Below, one piece after another: positions 1 through 8,044 of a stretch of DNA of 24,000 bases. Origin of the DNA: Thermoproteota archaeon (lineage in GTDB: Archaea; Thermoproteota; Nitrososphaeria_A; Caldarchaeales; Calditenuaceae). Positions within the stretch are counted from its first letter, which is position 1; every line of letters begins with the position of its first letter. The notes below the pieces were generated by a model, which was not told the DNA's origin, made no database searches, and saw only the letters and a list, made by a program, of their open reading frames with translations. The DNA lies in NCBI GenBank assembly GCA_030550235.1, contig JAUQPU010000005.1, forward strand, positions 5,910 through 29,909. The letters are read 5' to 3'. The position numbers were made by a program, and so were the translations under genes.

Positions 1-441
1 GATGCAGACCTGTCTAGGATAAAGGTCTCCATGCCGGAGACCTTCTCACAGCAGCTCAGACTAGTAGTCTGGGCGTGCGACTATATCCAGGAGCCGGGAT
101 TAATAGTTATAGACGACTTCACATACCTCCACAGGGTTGCTGCATCGGGCGTCCTCCCCCGCGACAAGTGGATCTATAAAACACTCGCATTCCAGTCCGC
201 ACTCCTCAAAGAAGTGACAAGAACCCGCAACGTCACATCAATCGCCATCTCCGATGTCCACGAGAGGCCCGGGCTAGGCCAGCCGCAGCCAGTAGCCAAC
301 ACTATCGTCTCCTACTACTCAGACAGCGAGATTTGGCTCCAGCCCATCGCCCCTAGTCGCAGGCTATTGAGGCTACGCTACGCTGACAAATCAATATCTT
401 TCCACGTAAGAATATTTGAAGGCGGAATTATAGAGGATTAA
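1..441 (+). CDS. RecA-superfamily ATPase (RadA/RadB/KaiC-like paralogue), C-terminal part; the 5' end probably lies outside the window
   Basis: Frame 1 is open from nt 1, with no stop before the ATG at 31. 'LIVIDDFTYL' looks like a RecA-type Walker B strand, followed by 'NVTSIAISDV' and a C-terminal 'SFHVRIFEGGIIED', as in RadA/RadB-type proteins. No Walker A motif occurs in the visible 146 codons, which is consistent with 5' truncation. Confidence 0.55.
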   Translation, partial: DADLSRIKVSMPETFSQQLRLVVWACDYIQEPGLIVIDDFTYLHRVAASGVLPRDKWIYKTLAFQSALLKEVTRTRNVTSIAISDVHERPGLGQPQPVANTIVSYYSDSEIWLQPIAPSRRLLRLRYADKSISFHVRIFEGGIIED

Positions 442-816
442 TCATATCTTTGCGGAGAATCCAGAGAATAGGCCGAGCGCTGAGAAAAGTATCAAGAATG
501 TTGCTCCCAATGCAGCGTAGCCTGCAGCTCTATCTGATAGGCGCCCAGTCGCGGCGTAGTAGAAGAGGGCCATGCCTGTTAAGCCAAGTGCATAATAGCT
601 CGAGACTACTATGAACTCCGCCACTGTCTGTACCGTCTGTGTTGGGAAGAAGATCTGGCGTCCATAGAAGGTCGGGGAATTACCCATAGAGACGAATACC
701 ACCCCACTCATGACAAGTATCGCGGTGAACATCAGGATTGCCGACAGCACTCCGCGTCCCTTAACAACCCAGTCAAGGGAAAGCATGGCAATCAGCGTCT
801 TCTTAACCCTCTCCAA
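442..816 (-). CDS. small integral membrane protein (3-4 predicted TM helices), function unknown
   Basis: 124-aa ORF with three long hydrophobic stretches (VLSAILMFTAILVMSGVVFV, FIVVSSYYALGLTGMALFYYA, YAALGATFLILFSALGLFSGF). It abuts the convergent upstream gene with no gap and is divergent from aglB. I recognise no family. Confidence 0.55.
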   Translation of the reverse strand: MERVKKTLIAMLSLDWVVKGRGVLSAILMFTAILVMSGVVFVSMGNSPTFYGRQIFFPTQTVQTVAEFIVVSSYYALGLTGMALFYYAATGRLSDRAAGYAALGATFLILFSALGLFSGFSAKI

Positions 817-963
817 CCCGAGTTGAGAGCAAGGGTCCCCAATATAACCCTAAACCATCCTCCAACCCAAACAAAATGAAGACGCGAGTCGCAATCTCGA
901 AGAAGCCCTTGCCACCGCCGAGGCTGCATTAGATGATTATCTCTTCTCTATTAAAGAGGGTGT

Positions 964-3153
964 ATGGAATTATCCCTTTATATGGTGCTTCTTGGGTTTT
1001 TCCAGAAGATGGCTAGGTCCGTGGGCGCTATCCTCGGCAGAGTCTCAGGGGCGCTTACAAGCCTTGATAGAAGGGTTGGGGGTAAGGAATTCTATATGCC
1101 ACTCTCTGTTCTATTGATAGCGGTCACGGTTACCTTCGTCTCCAGATCATTACCGGCTAGGTGGGGCTTCCTACTAAGCGAGTTCGACCCGTGGTGGCAC
1201 TTCAAGGTAGGCAACATGATTATCGAGAGGGGCTGGGCGGGCTTCTTCGAGTTTGCCGGCCTAGTCGACTATAAGAGCTGGTATCCTACAGGCCTGTCCA
1301 TTGGGAAGACCTTCTACCCTGGGGTCTCGTTCACATTCGCCTTCATCTACCTCACCCTCTCCTCACTCGGGATAAACGTGGACCCAATGGAGCTCGCCGC
1401 CACCCTGCCGGTAGTATACGGTGTATTGGCGATAATCGTCACCTTTGTACTGGCGAGGTATGTGTTAGGCACGGGGCCTGCGCTAGCTTCAACCTTACTC
1501 TTATCGATTAGTTATGCGCATATCTCGAGGACACATCTTGGATGGCTTGATGATGAGGCGCTTGCCATCCCGCTGATGCACGCTGCCTTCCTGACATACC
1601 TCGCATCCATCAACGAGAAGAGGAGTGTAAGGGGGGCAGTGATTCTAGGCCTTCTAACAGGGCTTTTACTAGGCTACACTGGAGCGACATGGGGCGCACA
1701 TAGATTCCCCATCATGATGGTATTCCTTTTCACAGCTCTTCTAGTCTTTATGGGGAGGTACAGGGCCCAGATCTTAGCTAGCTTTATACCACTTCTTGCA
1801 TCGACAACCCTAATACTAATCAGTGTTCCCAAACTAGGCCTATCCTACATCCTAGAGGTCACCCTCCTTTCAGGCTACCTCGCCATGGCATATGTCGCCA
1901 TTGCAGCCGTGTTATACAGGTACTGGGATATTAGGAGGGCAGTGATAACACTGAGAGGCATTGCCCTCGGTCTAGTCCTACTTAGTGTTGGTTTGGTTGT
2001 GGCCGCTGTAGCAGATCTTCCTGGGTTAAAGTTTCTCTCGGTTATGTTCCCCCAGCTGAGGGGTGAGCTCGTAATAATCAGCTCTGTTGCAGAGAACCAA
2101 GCAGCCACTTGGTCAACACTATTCAACGACTTCGGACCCACACTAATTTTAGTGCCCTTCGGTATCTTCCTGCTACTCAGGAGGGCGGGGGATGGCGACA
2201 TATTCCTGGCGCTCTATGCAGTCCTATCCCTATACTTCGCATCCTCGCTGGTCAGGCTGGCCCTGCCCACCTCTCCTATCGCCGCGATATTGGCTGGTTT
2301 TGCACTGACAGAGATGCTTGTCCTCGCTTCAAGAAATCTCGTCCCACACCGCGGACTGAAGCTAAGGAAAATGGGAGAGAGAAGATTCCTAATCGCAGTC
2401 CCACTAGTCATGATGATGCTCATCTCGGCTCACTATCTTCCCCAAGCTATGGGTAATTCCTGGGCGTTCTCGTCCCTCGATGCTGCGTATTCTCCGAGCA
2501 CCATTACCTCTGCCTCGCTTCCGACGGGCAGGGGTGTAGTATTGAGTGATTGGCTGCGCGCTGTGGAGTGGATGCGGAATAACCTTCCAGACAACGCAGT
2601 GGTTGCTGCGTGGTGGGACTATGGGGACTGGATCTCGATAGTGGCCAACAAGACCTCACTAGTCGACAACACGACTATAGATAATCTGAAAATTGCGAAG
2701 GTTGGCTATGCCCTCCTCTCACCCACGAACGTCAGCCTGAGAATATTCAAGGAGATGGGCGCAACTCACGTCCTCATATTTATTTCGCATAGACCCCAAA
2801 CGGGGGCTGGCGACTTCCCACGACTCATATACTACGGTGACGAGTCAAAATGGTTCTGGATGCTGCGGATAGCGAATCAGCATGCCCGAGACCTTGGACT
2901 AAAGCCGATAGACGAGGTCTCACTTCTCGGCCCTAACAGGGACCCGACAAACCCGACAGACAAGTTCTGGACCGATACTACTCTCGGCCAGTTGATACCG
3001 TTCAAGCCCAGGCAGACCTCAGACCAATTCGGCAACATTGTCACTGCACATTACTATGAAGAGCCTAATGTGCAGGGCTATAGACTGGTCTTCTCATCCT
3101 CTCAACCATACACAAGCCTAGCATACGTCTACATCTATGAGATAACAGGTTAG
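964..3153 (+). CDS. aglB: archaeal oligosaccharyltransferase AglB (STT3 family)
   Basis: 729-aa protein with a polytopic N-terminal membrane domain and a soluble C-terminal domain. The diagnostic STT3/AglB WWDYG motif is at nt 2611-2625 (AAWWDYGDWIS), and an N-terminal acidic loop reads 'EFDPWWHF'. The start is uncertain: ATG 982 or ATG 1009 are also possible given TATA-like CTATTAAAG (944-952) and TTTATATGG (974-982). Confidence 0.9.
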   Translation: MELSLYMVLLGFFQKMARSVGAILGRVSGALTSLDRRVGGKEFYMPLSVLLIAVTVTFVSRSLPARWGFLLSEFDPWWHFKVGNMIIERGWAGFFEFAGLVDYKSWYPTGLSIGKTFYPGVSFTFAFIYLTLSSLGINVDPMELAATLPVVYGVLAIIVTFVLARYVLGTGPALASTLLLSISYAHISRTHLGWLDDEALAIPLMHAAFLTYLASINEKRSVRGAVILGLLTGLLLGYTGATWGAHRFPIMMVFLFTALLVFMGRYRAQILASFIPLLASTTLILISVPKLGLSYILEVTLLSGYLAMAYVAIAAVLYRYWDIRRAVITLRGIALGLVLLSVGLVVAAVADLPGLKFLSVMFPQLRGELVIISSVAENQAATWSTLFNDFGPTLILVPFGIFLLLRRAGDGDIFLALYAVLSLYFASSLVRLALPTSPIAAILAGFALTEMLVLASRNLVPHRGLKLRKMGERRFLIAVPLVMMMLISAHYLPQAMGNSWAFSSLDAAYSPSTITSASLPTGRGVVLSDWLRAVEWMRNNLPDNAVVAAWWDYGDWISIVANKTSLVDNTTIDNLKIAKVGYALLSPTNVSLRIFKEMGATHVLIFISHRPQTGAGDFPRLIYYGDESKWFWMLRIANQHARDLGLKPIDEVSLLGPNRDPTNPTDKFWTDTTLGQLIPFKPRQTSDQFGNIVTAHYYEEPNVQGYRLVFSSSQPYTSLAYVYIYEITG

Positions 3154-3908
3154 CCAATGTATGAGGGAGCTCCTCCCCCCCGCTCCATCTCCTCAAAGAA
3201 CCTACTAGCCTCCTTCAGAAGCTGCCGCTGCTTCTCAATCTCAACATCGAGCTTAGATGTGTCGACGGGTATGCCGAGATACTCTGAGAGTATAGCCAAT
3301 ACCTTCTTCGCAGATGCGAGGTCTGGCGCCAATCCCATAGTATCCGATATTAGAAGGTCCATGGGTGTGTTGTTCAGATGGAACCGAAGCATCATCGAGG
3401 ATGTGAGCCTATCAACTGGTAATGTATCAATATTAGTGGCAGACCGTGCGCCGAGGCGCAGCAGCCGCCTAACCCTCTCTATGTCCGTGGAGGATGCATA
3501 AACCTCACCAGTTGCATTGACTCGACCGCTTGTCAGAACTAGAAAGCTGCTAATTTTATATTGCGATAGATACTTGAGCAGCAACTCTGAGATATCCTCA
3601 CCTACCTCAGTTGTCTCTATTATGAAGTTCCGCGTAATGATTAATAATGCCTGCTTCTGGTTTGTGCGCGGCCTCGAGAAATAAATCTCAACTTTAGGCG
3701 GGGTTGCCACCCCGTCGTTGTTTATCAGCGTTACTTGGGGGAAGTGGGGAGAGAAGATCTCAGCTATTTTGACCATCTCTAAGCTCTCTTGGAGGATGCT
3801 GGAGACGATTAGCGCAACAACGCCAGGCCCACCTCCCGCATCTACGACGACATATTCTAGCTCGTCGGGTGGCGCTGACGTTAAGATGTTGAGCCTCGAC
3901 TCCTTCAA
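3150..3908 (-). CDS. PAC2-family protein (archaeal proteasome assembly chaperone PbaA/PbaB-like)
   Basis: 252 aa. The N-terminal pattern 'VVDAGGGPGVVALIVSSIL..L.MVKIAEIFSPHFPQVTLINNDG...VEIYF', followed by 'LLIITRN' and 'FLVLTSG' strands and a C-terminal coiled region, matches my memory of PAC2/Pba proteins. TTG start at 3908, with TATA-like rc(3934-3943)=CATTTAATAG. The 3' end overlaps the aglB stop by 4 nt (convergent). Confidence 0.6.
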   Translation of the reverse strand: MKESRLNILTSAPPDELEYVVVDAGGGPGVVALIVSSILQESLEMVKIAEIFSPHFPQVTLINNDGVATPPKVEIYFSRPRTNQKQALLIITRNFIIETTEVGEDISELLLKYLSQYKISSFLVLTSGRVNATGEVYASSTDIERVRRLLRLGARSATNIDTLPVDRLTSSMMLRFHLNNTPMDLLISDTMGLAPDLASAKKVLAILSEYLGIPVDTSKLDVEIEKQRQLLKEASRFFEEMERGGGAPSYIG

Positions 3909-3914
3909 ACCCCT

Positions 3915-3925
3915 ATTATATCGCT
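3915..3925. repeat. copy 1 of an exact 11-bp direct repeat ATTATATCGCT in the PAC2/rhodanese divergent promoter region
   Basis: Read directly: ATTATATCGCT at 3915-3925 and again at 4023-4033. Copy 1 sits in the loop of a 6-bp hairpin, CCCCTA (3910-3915) / TAGGGG (3926-3931). Confidence 0.8.
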
Positions 3926-4022
3926 TAGGGGACTATTAAATGCATCAACCACCCACACCATGTGTTTGCCGGTGTGGAATGTTGTTCTTCTTCGTGTAGG
4001 TATATAGGATTTAAATACAGCA

Positions 4023-4033
4023 ATTATATCGCT
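4023..4033. repeat. copy 2 of the exact 11-bp direct repeat ATTATATCGCT
   Basis: It overlaps the TATA-like CTATAATA (4032-4039) upstream of the probable rhodanese start. Confidence 0.8.
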
Positions 4034-4072
4034 ATAATACGATTACCCTTGAGTGGAAAAGAAGAGGTTTCT

Positions 4073-4894
4073 GTGCTGGTATCTACCGAGTGGGTAGCGA
4101 AGAATCTCGGCAACCCGGGGGTCAGGATAGTTGAGGTTGACTACGACCCGCAGACAGCCTACTTTCAGGGACACATACGAGGCGCCGTCCTATGGGACTG
4201 GAAAAAAGACATAAACGACCCGATAGAGCGGAACATAATCAGCAAAGAAGGATTTGAGTCCCTCTGCTCCCGAAGCGGCATCTCAAACGATACCCACATA
4301 GTGCTTTACGGCGACTTCAACAACTGGTTCGCCGCTTTCGCCTTCTGGGTCGCGAGGCTATACGGACATGAGAGAATCAGCCTAATGGATGGAGGTAGGA
4401 AGAAGTGGATAGCTGAAGAGAGGGAGTTGACAAAGGATATCCCAGCCCCTTCCGTAGCCAATTATAAAGTTTCGAAAGTGAGGTATGAATACAGGGTGCT
4501 TCTGCCAGATGTCCGAGCCAGGCTGGGAAGCCCGACAGTATCGCTGGTGGATGTACGGTCCCCTGATGAGTACTCTGGCAAGATTCTGGCACCACCTGAG
4601 TACCCGACAGAACATGCCCAGAGAGGAGGCCACATACCGGGGGCAGTGAACATCCCTTGGGCGCGGGCGCTCAACGAGGACGGCACCTTTAAACCTGTCG
4701 AGGAGCTTAGAAAGCTATACGAGAATCTGGGCGTGACATCTGACAAAGAAGTGATAACCTATTGCAGGATAGGCGAGAGGTCATCCGTCACTTGGTTCGT
4801 ATTGAAGGAGCTGCTCAAATACCCTAAAGTCAGGAACTATGATGGAAGCTGGAGTGAGTGGGGAAACGTTGTCGGGACTCCGATAGAGAAATAA
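4073..4894 (+). CDS. thiosulfate sulfurtransferase, tandem rhodanese domains (CysA/SseC-like)
   Basis: Two rhodanese repeats. The catalytic loop 'YCRIGERSS' plus 'NYDGSWSEWG' matches my memory of CysA-type thiosulfate sulfurtransferases. The ORF is open from GTG 3962, but the first ~37 codons lie over AT-rich promoter-like sequence (TTTAAATA 4010-4017, CTATAATA 4032-4039). GTG 4073, preceded by AGAGGT (4063-4068), gives a typical 'MLVSTEW' N-terminus. TTG 4049 is an alternative start. Confidence 0.9.
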   Translation: MLVSTEWVAKNLGNPGVRIVEVDYDPQTAYFQGHIRGAVLWDWKKDINDPIERNIISKEGFESLCSRSGISNDTHIVLYGDFNNWFAAFAFWVARLYGHERISLMDGGRKKWIAEERELTKDIPAPSVANYKVSKVRYEYRVLLPDVRARLGSPTVSLVDVRSPDEYSGKILAPPEYPTEHAQRGGHIPGAVNIPWARALNEDGTFKPVEELRKLYENLGVTSDKEVITYCRIGERSSVTWFVLKELLKYPKVRNYDGSWSEWGNVVGTPIEK

Positions 4895-4921
4895 GTCGAG
4901 CGAAGGAATTATCAGGGTGGA

Positions 4922-5608
4922 ATGGAAGAGCTTCACGGCTGCAGATTCTCAAACACCGATTTTTACTTCCTCGACAGCATGCTTTGGCTACGCCCCATTC
5001 AGGATAAACTATTCCGCGTCGGGGTCCTCCCTATCACACAGACTCTTTGGGGTAAAATAACCTCGATAAGACCAAAGCAGCCTGGTGAAGAGATTATGGC
5101 TAACAGGGCTATCTGCTTGATAGAATCCCGAAGATTTACTGGAAATATTACTGCCCCTTTCAACCTACGAATAGAGCGTCTCAACAATGAGGCTCTCGAG
5201 AAACCCTGGGCTATGCAGAGAGGGGATGGAGACTCCGCCTGGCTCTGCGAGGTCTACGCCCTTCACGACGACTACCTAGCTAGGTTGAAGAATTGGAGCG
5301 AGGTGCGAGAAATGGTGGATAAAATGATAAAAGAGAAGGGGATAATCTGTTTTAAAGAGGTGCCAGACTATGTTTACGCCGCAATCGGGATAGAGTGTAG
5401 CCAGCTAGTTATGGTTCTCTCAGATAAGCTCGAAGGATTTCCCGACGATAGTGTTATACACATAGTCGCTGACTATGATGAAGGTGCCGAGAGGGAACTT
5501 AATAAATGGAGCAGAATAACCGGGAACGAGCTCCTCGAATTCAAGGTTGAAAAGAGGTTAGCCCATGCATTAATCAGGCGCAAAACTCGCTCTAAGAGCT
5601 GGGATTAA
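4922..5608 (+). CDS. fusion protein: N-terminal glycine-cleavage-H-like (lipoyl-barrel) domain lacking the lipoyl-lysine, plus a C-terminal TusA/SirA-like domain with conserved Cys
   Basis: Residues ~14-115 follow the GcvH pattern ('CLIESRRFTGNITAP' against H-protein 'AVAESVKAASDIYAP'), with Arg71 (nt 5132-5134) at the lipoyl-Lys position. Residues ~150-222 follow TusA ('IGIECSQLVMV...IHIVADYDEGAERELNKWSRITGNELLEF...ALIRRK'), with Cys159 at nt 5396-5398. The gene starts 27 nt after the rhodanese stop. Confidence 0.7.
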   Translation: MEELHGCRFSNTDFYFLDSMLWLRPIQDKLFRVGVLPITQTLWGKITSIRPKQPGEEIMANRAICLIESRRFTGNITAPFNLRIERLNNEALEKPWAMQRGDGDSAWLCEVYALHDDYLARLKNWSEVREMVDKMIKEKGIICFKEVPDYVYAAIGIECSQLVMVLSDKLEGFPDDSVIHIVADYDEGAERELNKWSRITGNELLEFKVEKRLAHALIRRKTRSKSWD

Positions 5609-5641
5609 ATTTTTATTCCACGGGCTCCATCTCCCGAGTGA

Positions 5642-6799
5642 ATGGCTCTACTGAAGAGTAGCCTCGGCTATATGAACAACGTTATACAAAATGTATCAGA
5701 GATAGACCTCAATCAGGCTGCTGAGCTCTACAGCGACCTCAAGTCTGCAGGGGTTATCGTTCCACACGGCGAGGGCAGAAGTAAAGGTGCTGTAAGCATA
5801 ATCTGCAGCGAGCTGGCTAAGATGGATCGGGGGAAGGTTGTCGTAGACCGGAGCGATGTGGGATTCCCTGACAGGAGCTTTGACATGGCTGCGCCCAAGC
5901 TCAAGCAGAGATTTGGAAGGGTCAGCTTACTCATACTCTCAGGTAGCGGCCGCTCCCTCATGCCCCTCGTCGACGCCCAGAAACTCGCGCTCGTGATCTC
6001 GAAGTCTGAAAAGATGAAAGACTACACGATAGACGTTGTCACAAGCGATGCAGACTCGCCGTTAGGTAAGCTTGGAAAGAAGTATGGTACATGCACCTAT
6101 GTGAAGGGCCGTACAGTCTCCGAGGAGAATGCCTCAACCTCTGAGTTTAAGCAGTACGGGATTCTTGAGGACATCTTCATACTCAGTGCTTCGGTTCTTC
6201 TCCAGGCTGTGGCTGAATGTATATACGAGGACAGCGACCCCCTGAACATGTCTGAGAAGATAAACCAGCTACTGGTCGAGACAAACGAGGTTGTCGAGAA
6301 TGTCATCAAGTCTGACTTTATGCACTCGCTTATTGAGTTGCTGGAGAGGCGCAATACATGTTTTCTAGCAGGGTTGGGGAGTAGTCAGGAGGTGGCTAGG
6401 ATGACTGGTGTGAGGATCGGGCATGTGAAGCGGGCTATAGGAGACCAAGTCTTCGTGTCTGGTGATACGAATGTCCCGCCACCCAGAGCAGGTGACGTTT
6501 TGATAGCGATATCGCACAGCGGTGAGACGGAGGTTGTAGCCTCATGGTGTAGGACTTTCAAGAAGATGGGAGGGTATGTCGTCTCAATTGTGGGGGCCAA
6601 GGACTCGACAATCAACTCGCTCTCAGACCAGACCCTCTATATCCCCTCAAGATACCTGCCAGGGAGGCCTAACGACTTCTACCTGAAGGTAGCCTTCGCC
6701 ACAAGTCCCCTCCCCCTATACCTCGTAGACAGGCTACAGGAGAGGGGCCTCAAACTCCCAGAGTACATACTACGTTGGTACCACTCGATAATGGCCTAG
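5642..6799 (+). CDS. tandem SIS-domain protein; both halves resemble 6-phospho-3-hexuloisomerase (PHI)
   Basis: 385 aa. First half: 'PHGEGRSKG', 'LLILSGSGRSLMPL', 'GILEDIFILSASVLLQAVAECI'. Second half: 'LAGLGSSQEVA', 'VLIAISHSGETEVV', and a C-terminal 'RWYHS'. These match the PHI/SIS signatures (GxGxS, ISxSGxT, C-terminal His). An AT-rich box ATTAAATTTTTATTC (5604-5618) lies just upstream. Confidence 0.75.
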   Translation: MALLKSSLGYMNNVIQNVSEIDLNQAAELYSDLKSAGVIVPHGEGRSKGAVSIICSELAKMDRGKVVVDRSDVGFPDRSFDMAAPKLKQRFGRVSLLILSGSGRSLMPLVDAQKLALVISKSEKMKDYTIDVVTSDADSPLGKLGKKYGTCTYVKGRTVSEENASTSEFKQYGILEDIFILSASVLLQAVAECIYEDSDPLNMSEKINQLLVETNEVVENVIKSDFMHSLIELLERRNTCFLAGLGSSQEVARMTGVRIGHVKRAIGDQVFVSGDTNVPPPRAGDVLIAISHSGETEVVASWCRTFKKMGGYVVSIVGAKDSTINSLSDQTLYIPSRYLPGRPNDFYLKVAFATSPLPLYLVDRLQERGLKLPEYILRWYHSIMA

Positions 6800-6850
6800 A
6801 CAATGCTCCACGGGAATCCGTTCAAATATAAGGCCTGCGCAAGTATTCTC

Positions 6851-8044
6851 TTATTCTTTGATCCACTTCGCTGCCCGTCTTCTGATGATGAAAATCAATA
6901 GTGACGTGGCTAGTGGTGGTAGTGCGCCGAAGATTGTAAAGACGTTTGTCCATCCTATGGTTGAGATGTAGAGGGAGGTTAGTGGAGCGCCTATTGCGAC
7001 GCCGAGGAGGCTTGCAGACTGGTTTAGGCCTGAGCCCAGCCCTCTCGCCTCCTGTGGTAGGGTCACCACGAGATAGCTGGATGAGAAGATTACTGCTCCG
7101 AGGGCGAAGCCGAAGATTATTGATGCGAGCAGCCGGAGCTGCAGTGAGCCGACCCCATGCTCCAGCACTAGTGCCGTAGCCATGGATGCGAATTGGCCCA
7201 TGACTAGCGGTAGGAGCGGTGTCCGGGTCTTGGTGAGCCTAGCCGATAGTGGGAATATCGGGATTGAGACTGCCGTGGAGAGGGCCATAAAGAGACCTAC
7301 CTGAGCAGCGGCCAGCCTCTCATCAAACCCAAATCTATCGATCAACATAGTTGGAAGAGTGCCTACTATTCCACCAATCAACAGGTACATGCTTAGGATG
7401 CTGAGCATCGAGAGGGACACACGCAGCGCATACGTCCTAATGATGCGTGTTCCTCCACGCCTATCAGGCTTTGAGTGTGGCGATGTTGGTAAGCCGGCTA
7501 GCGTGGCGGCCAGGCTGACCGCGACTAATGCCCCGATCACGATATAGACTGTCTGAAACCCGAGCGTCGAGACGAGGCCCGAAGCTGAGCCAGACCCCAC
7601 AATTATTGCGGCCGTTACAAATGTCCAGAAGAGGCTCAGTGGCCGCCCAACGTCCTTGGAGAAGAAGTCTCCAATCAGCGCCAGGGCTGAGGGGACTATG
7701 AAGGAGTCGAACACCGCGTGGAGGACCCTAGCCGCTAGAAGGATCTGTGGGGATGGTGAGAGTGCGTAGAGAGTCATTGCAATTAGGTCGCCGGCCAGTC
7801 CCACCGTCATAGCCCTACGACGGCCGAAAGTATCGGTGAGATAGCCCCCCAAAACAATCATGGGTATGGCGACAAGAGAATAGGCTCCAGCTATCAGCCC
7901 TGCGAGGAAGGCGTCCGCGTTAAGTGCCCTAGCTTGAGACGCTATAATCGGCGAGATCATCGAAGTGTCGATTAGTGCAACAAAACCTATCGCGCCGAGG
8001 ATAGTGTATAGGCTCTTGGAGTATCCACCAATAACCTGAACCAT
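6851..8044 (-). CDS. MFS transporter
   Basis: 397 aa with ~12 hydrophobic segments and MFS motif A 'GGYLTDTFGRRRAMTVG'. TATA-like rc(8068-8077)=GTTTATATCC lies ~25-30 nt upstream of ATG 8044, implying a near-leaderless start. Confidence 0.85.
   Translation of the reverse strand: MVQVIGGYSKSLYTILGAIGFVALIDTSMISPIIASQARALNADAFLAGLIAGAYSLVAIPMIVLGGYLTDTFGRRRAMTVGLAGDLIAMTLYALSPSPQILLAARVLHAVFDSFIVPSALALIGDFFSKDVGRPLSLFWTFVTAAIIVGSGSASGLVSTLGFQTVYIVIGALVAVSLAATLAGLPTSPHSKPDRRGGTRIIRTYALRVSLSMLSILSMYLLIGGIVGTLPTMLIDRFGFDERLAAAQVGLFMALSTAVSIPIFPLSARLTKTRTPLLPLVMGQFASMATALVLEHGVGSLQLRLLASIIFGFALGAVIFSSSYLVVTLPQEARGLGSGLNQSASLLGVAIGAPLTSLYISTIGWTNVFTIFGALPPLATSLLIFIIRRRAAKWIKE

Noticed and set aside
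817-963. C/D-box sRNA-like elements (AATGAAGA at ~876, TAGATGA at ~929) and an 18-codon ORF (ATG ~878) in the intergenic region upstream of aglB. I also scanned the other intergenic regions for RUGAUGA...CUGA pairs.
   Set aside because: The boxes each deviate from consensus, no properly spaced D box (CUGA) follows, and all perfect TGATGA matches in the window lie inside coding sequence. No sRNA can be supported.
3150-3164. The C-terminal '...APSYIG' of the PAC2 protein as a possible HbYX proteasome-docking motif.
   Set aside because: HbYX requires Tyr at the penultimate position. Here Tyr is third from the end, so the motif is not met as written. I note it but do not claim it.
3962-4072. A Cys-rich N-terminal extension of the rhodanese ORF (MFAGVECCSSSCRYIGFKYSNY...) that could look like a metal-binding leader.
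   Set aside because: This stretch coincides with AT-rich TATA-like boxes and the 11-bp promoter repeat. Rhodaneses of this type start close to the 'LVSTEW' segment. It is most likely untranslated promoter or leader DNA.
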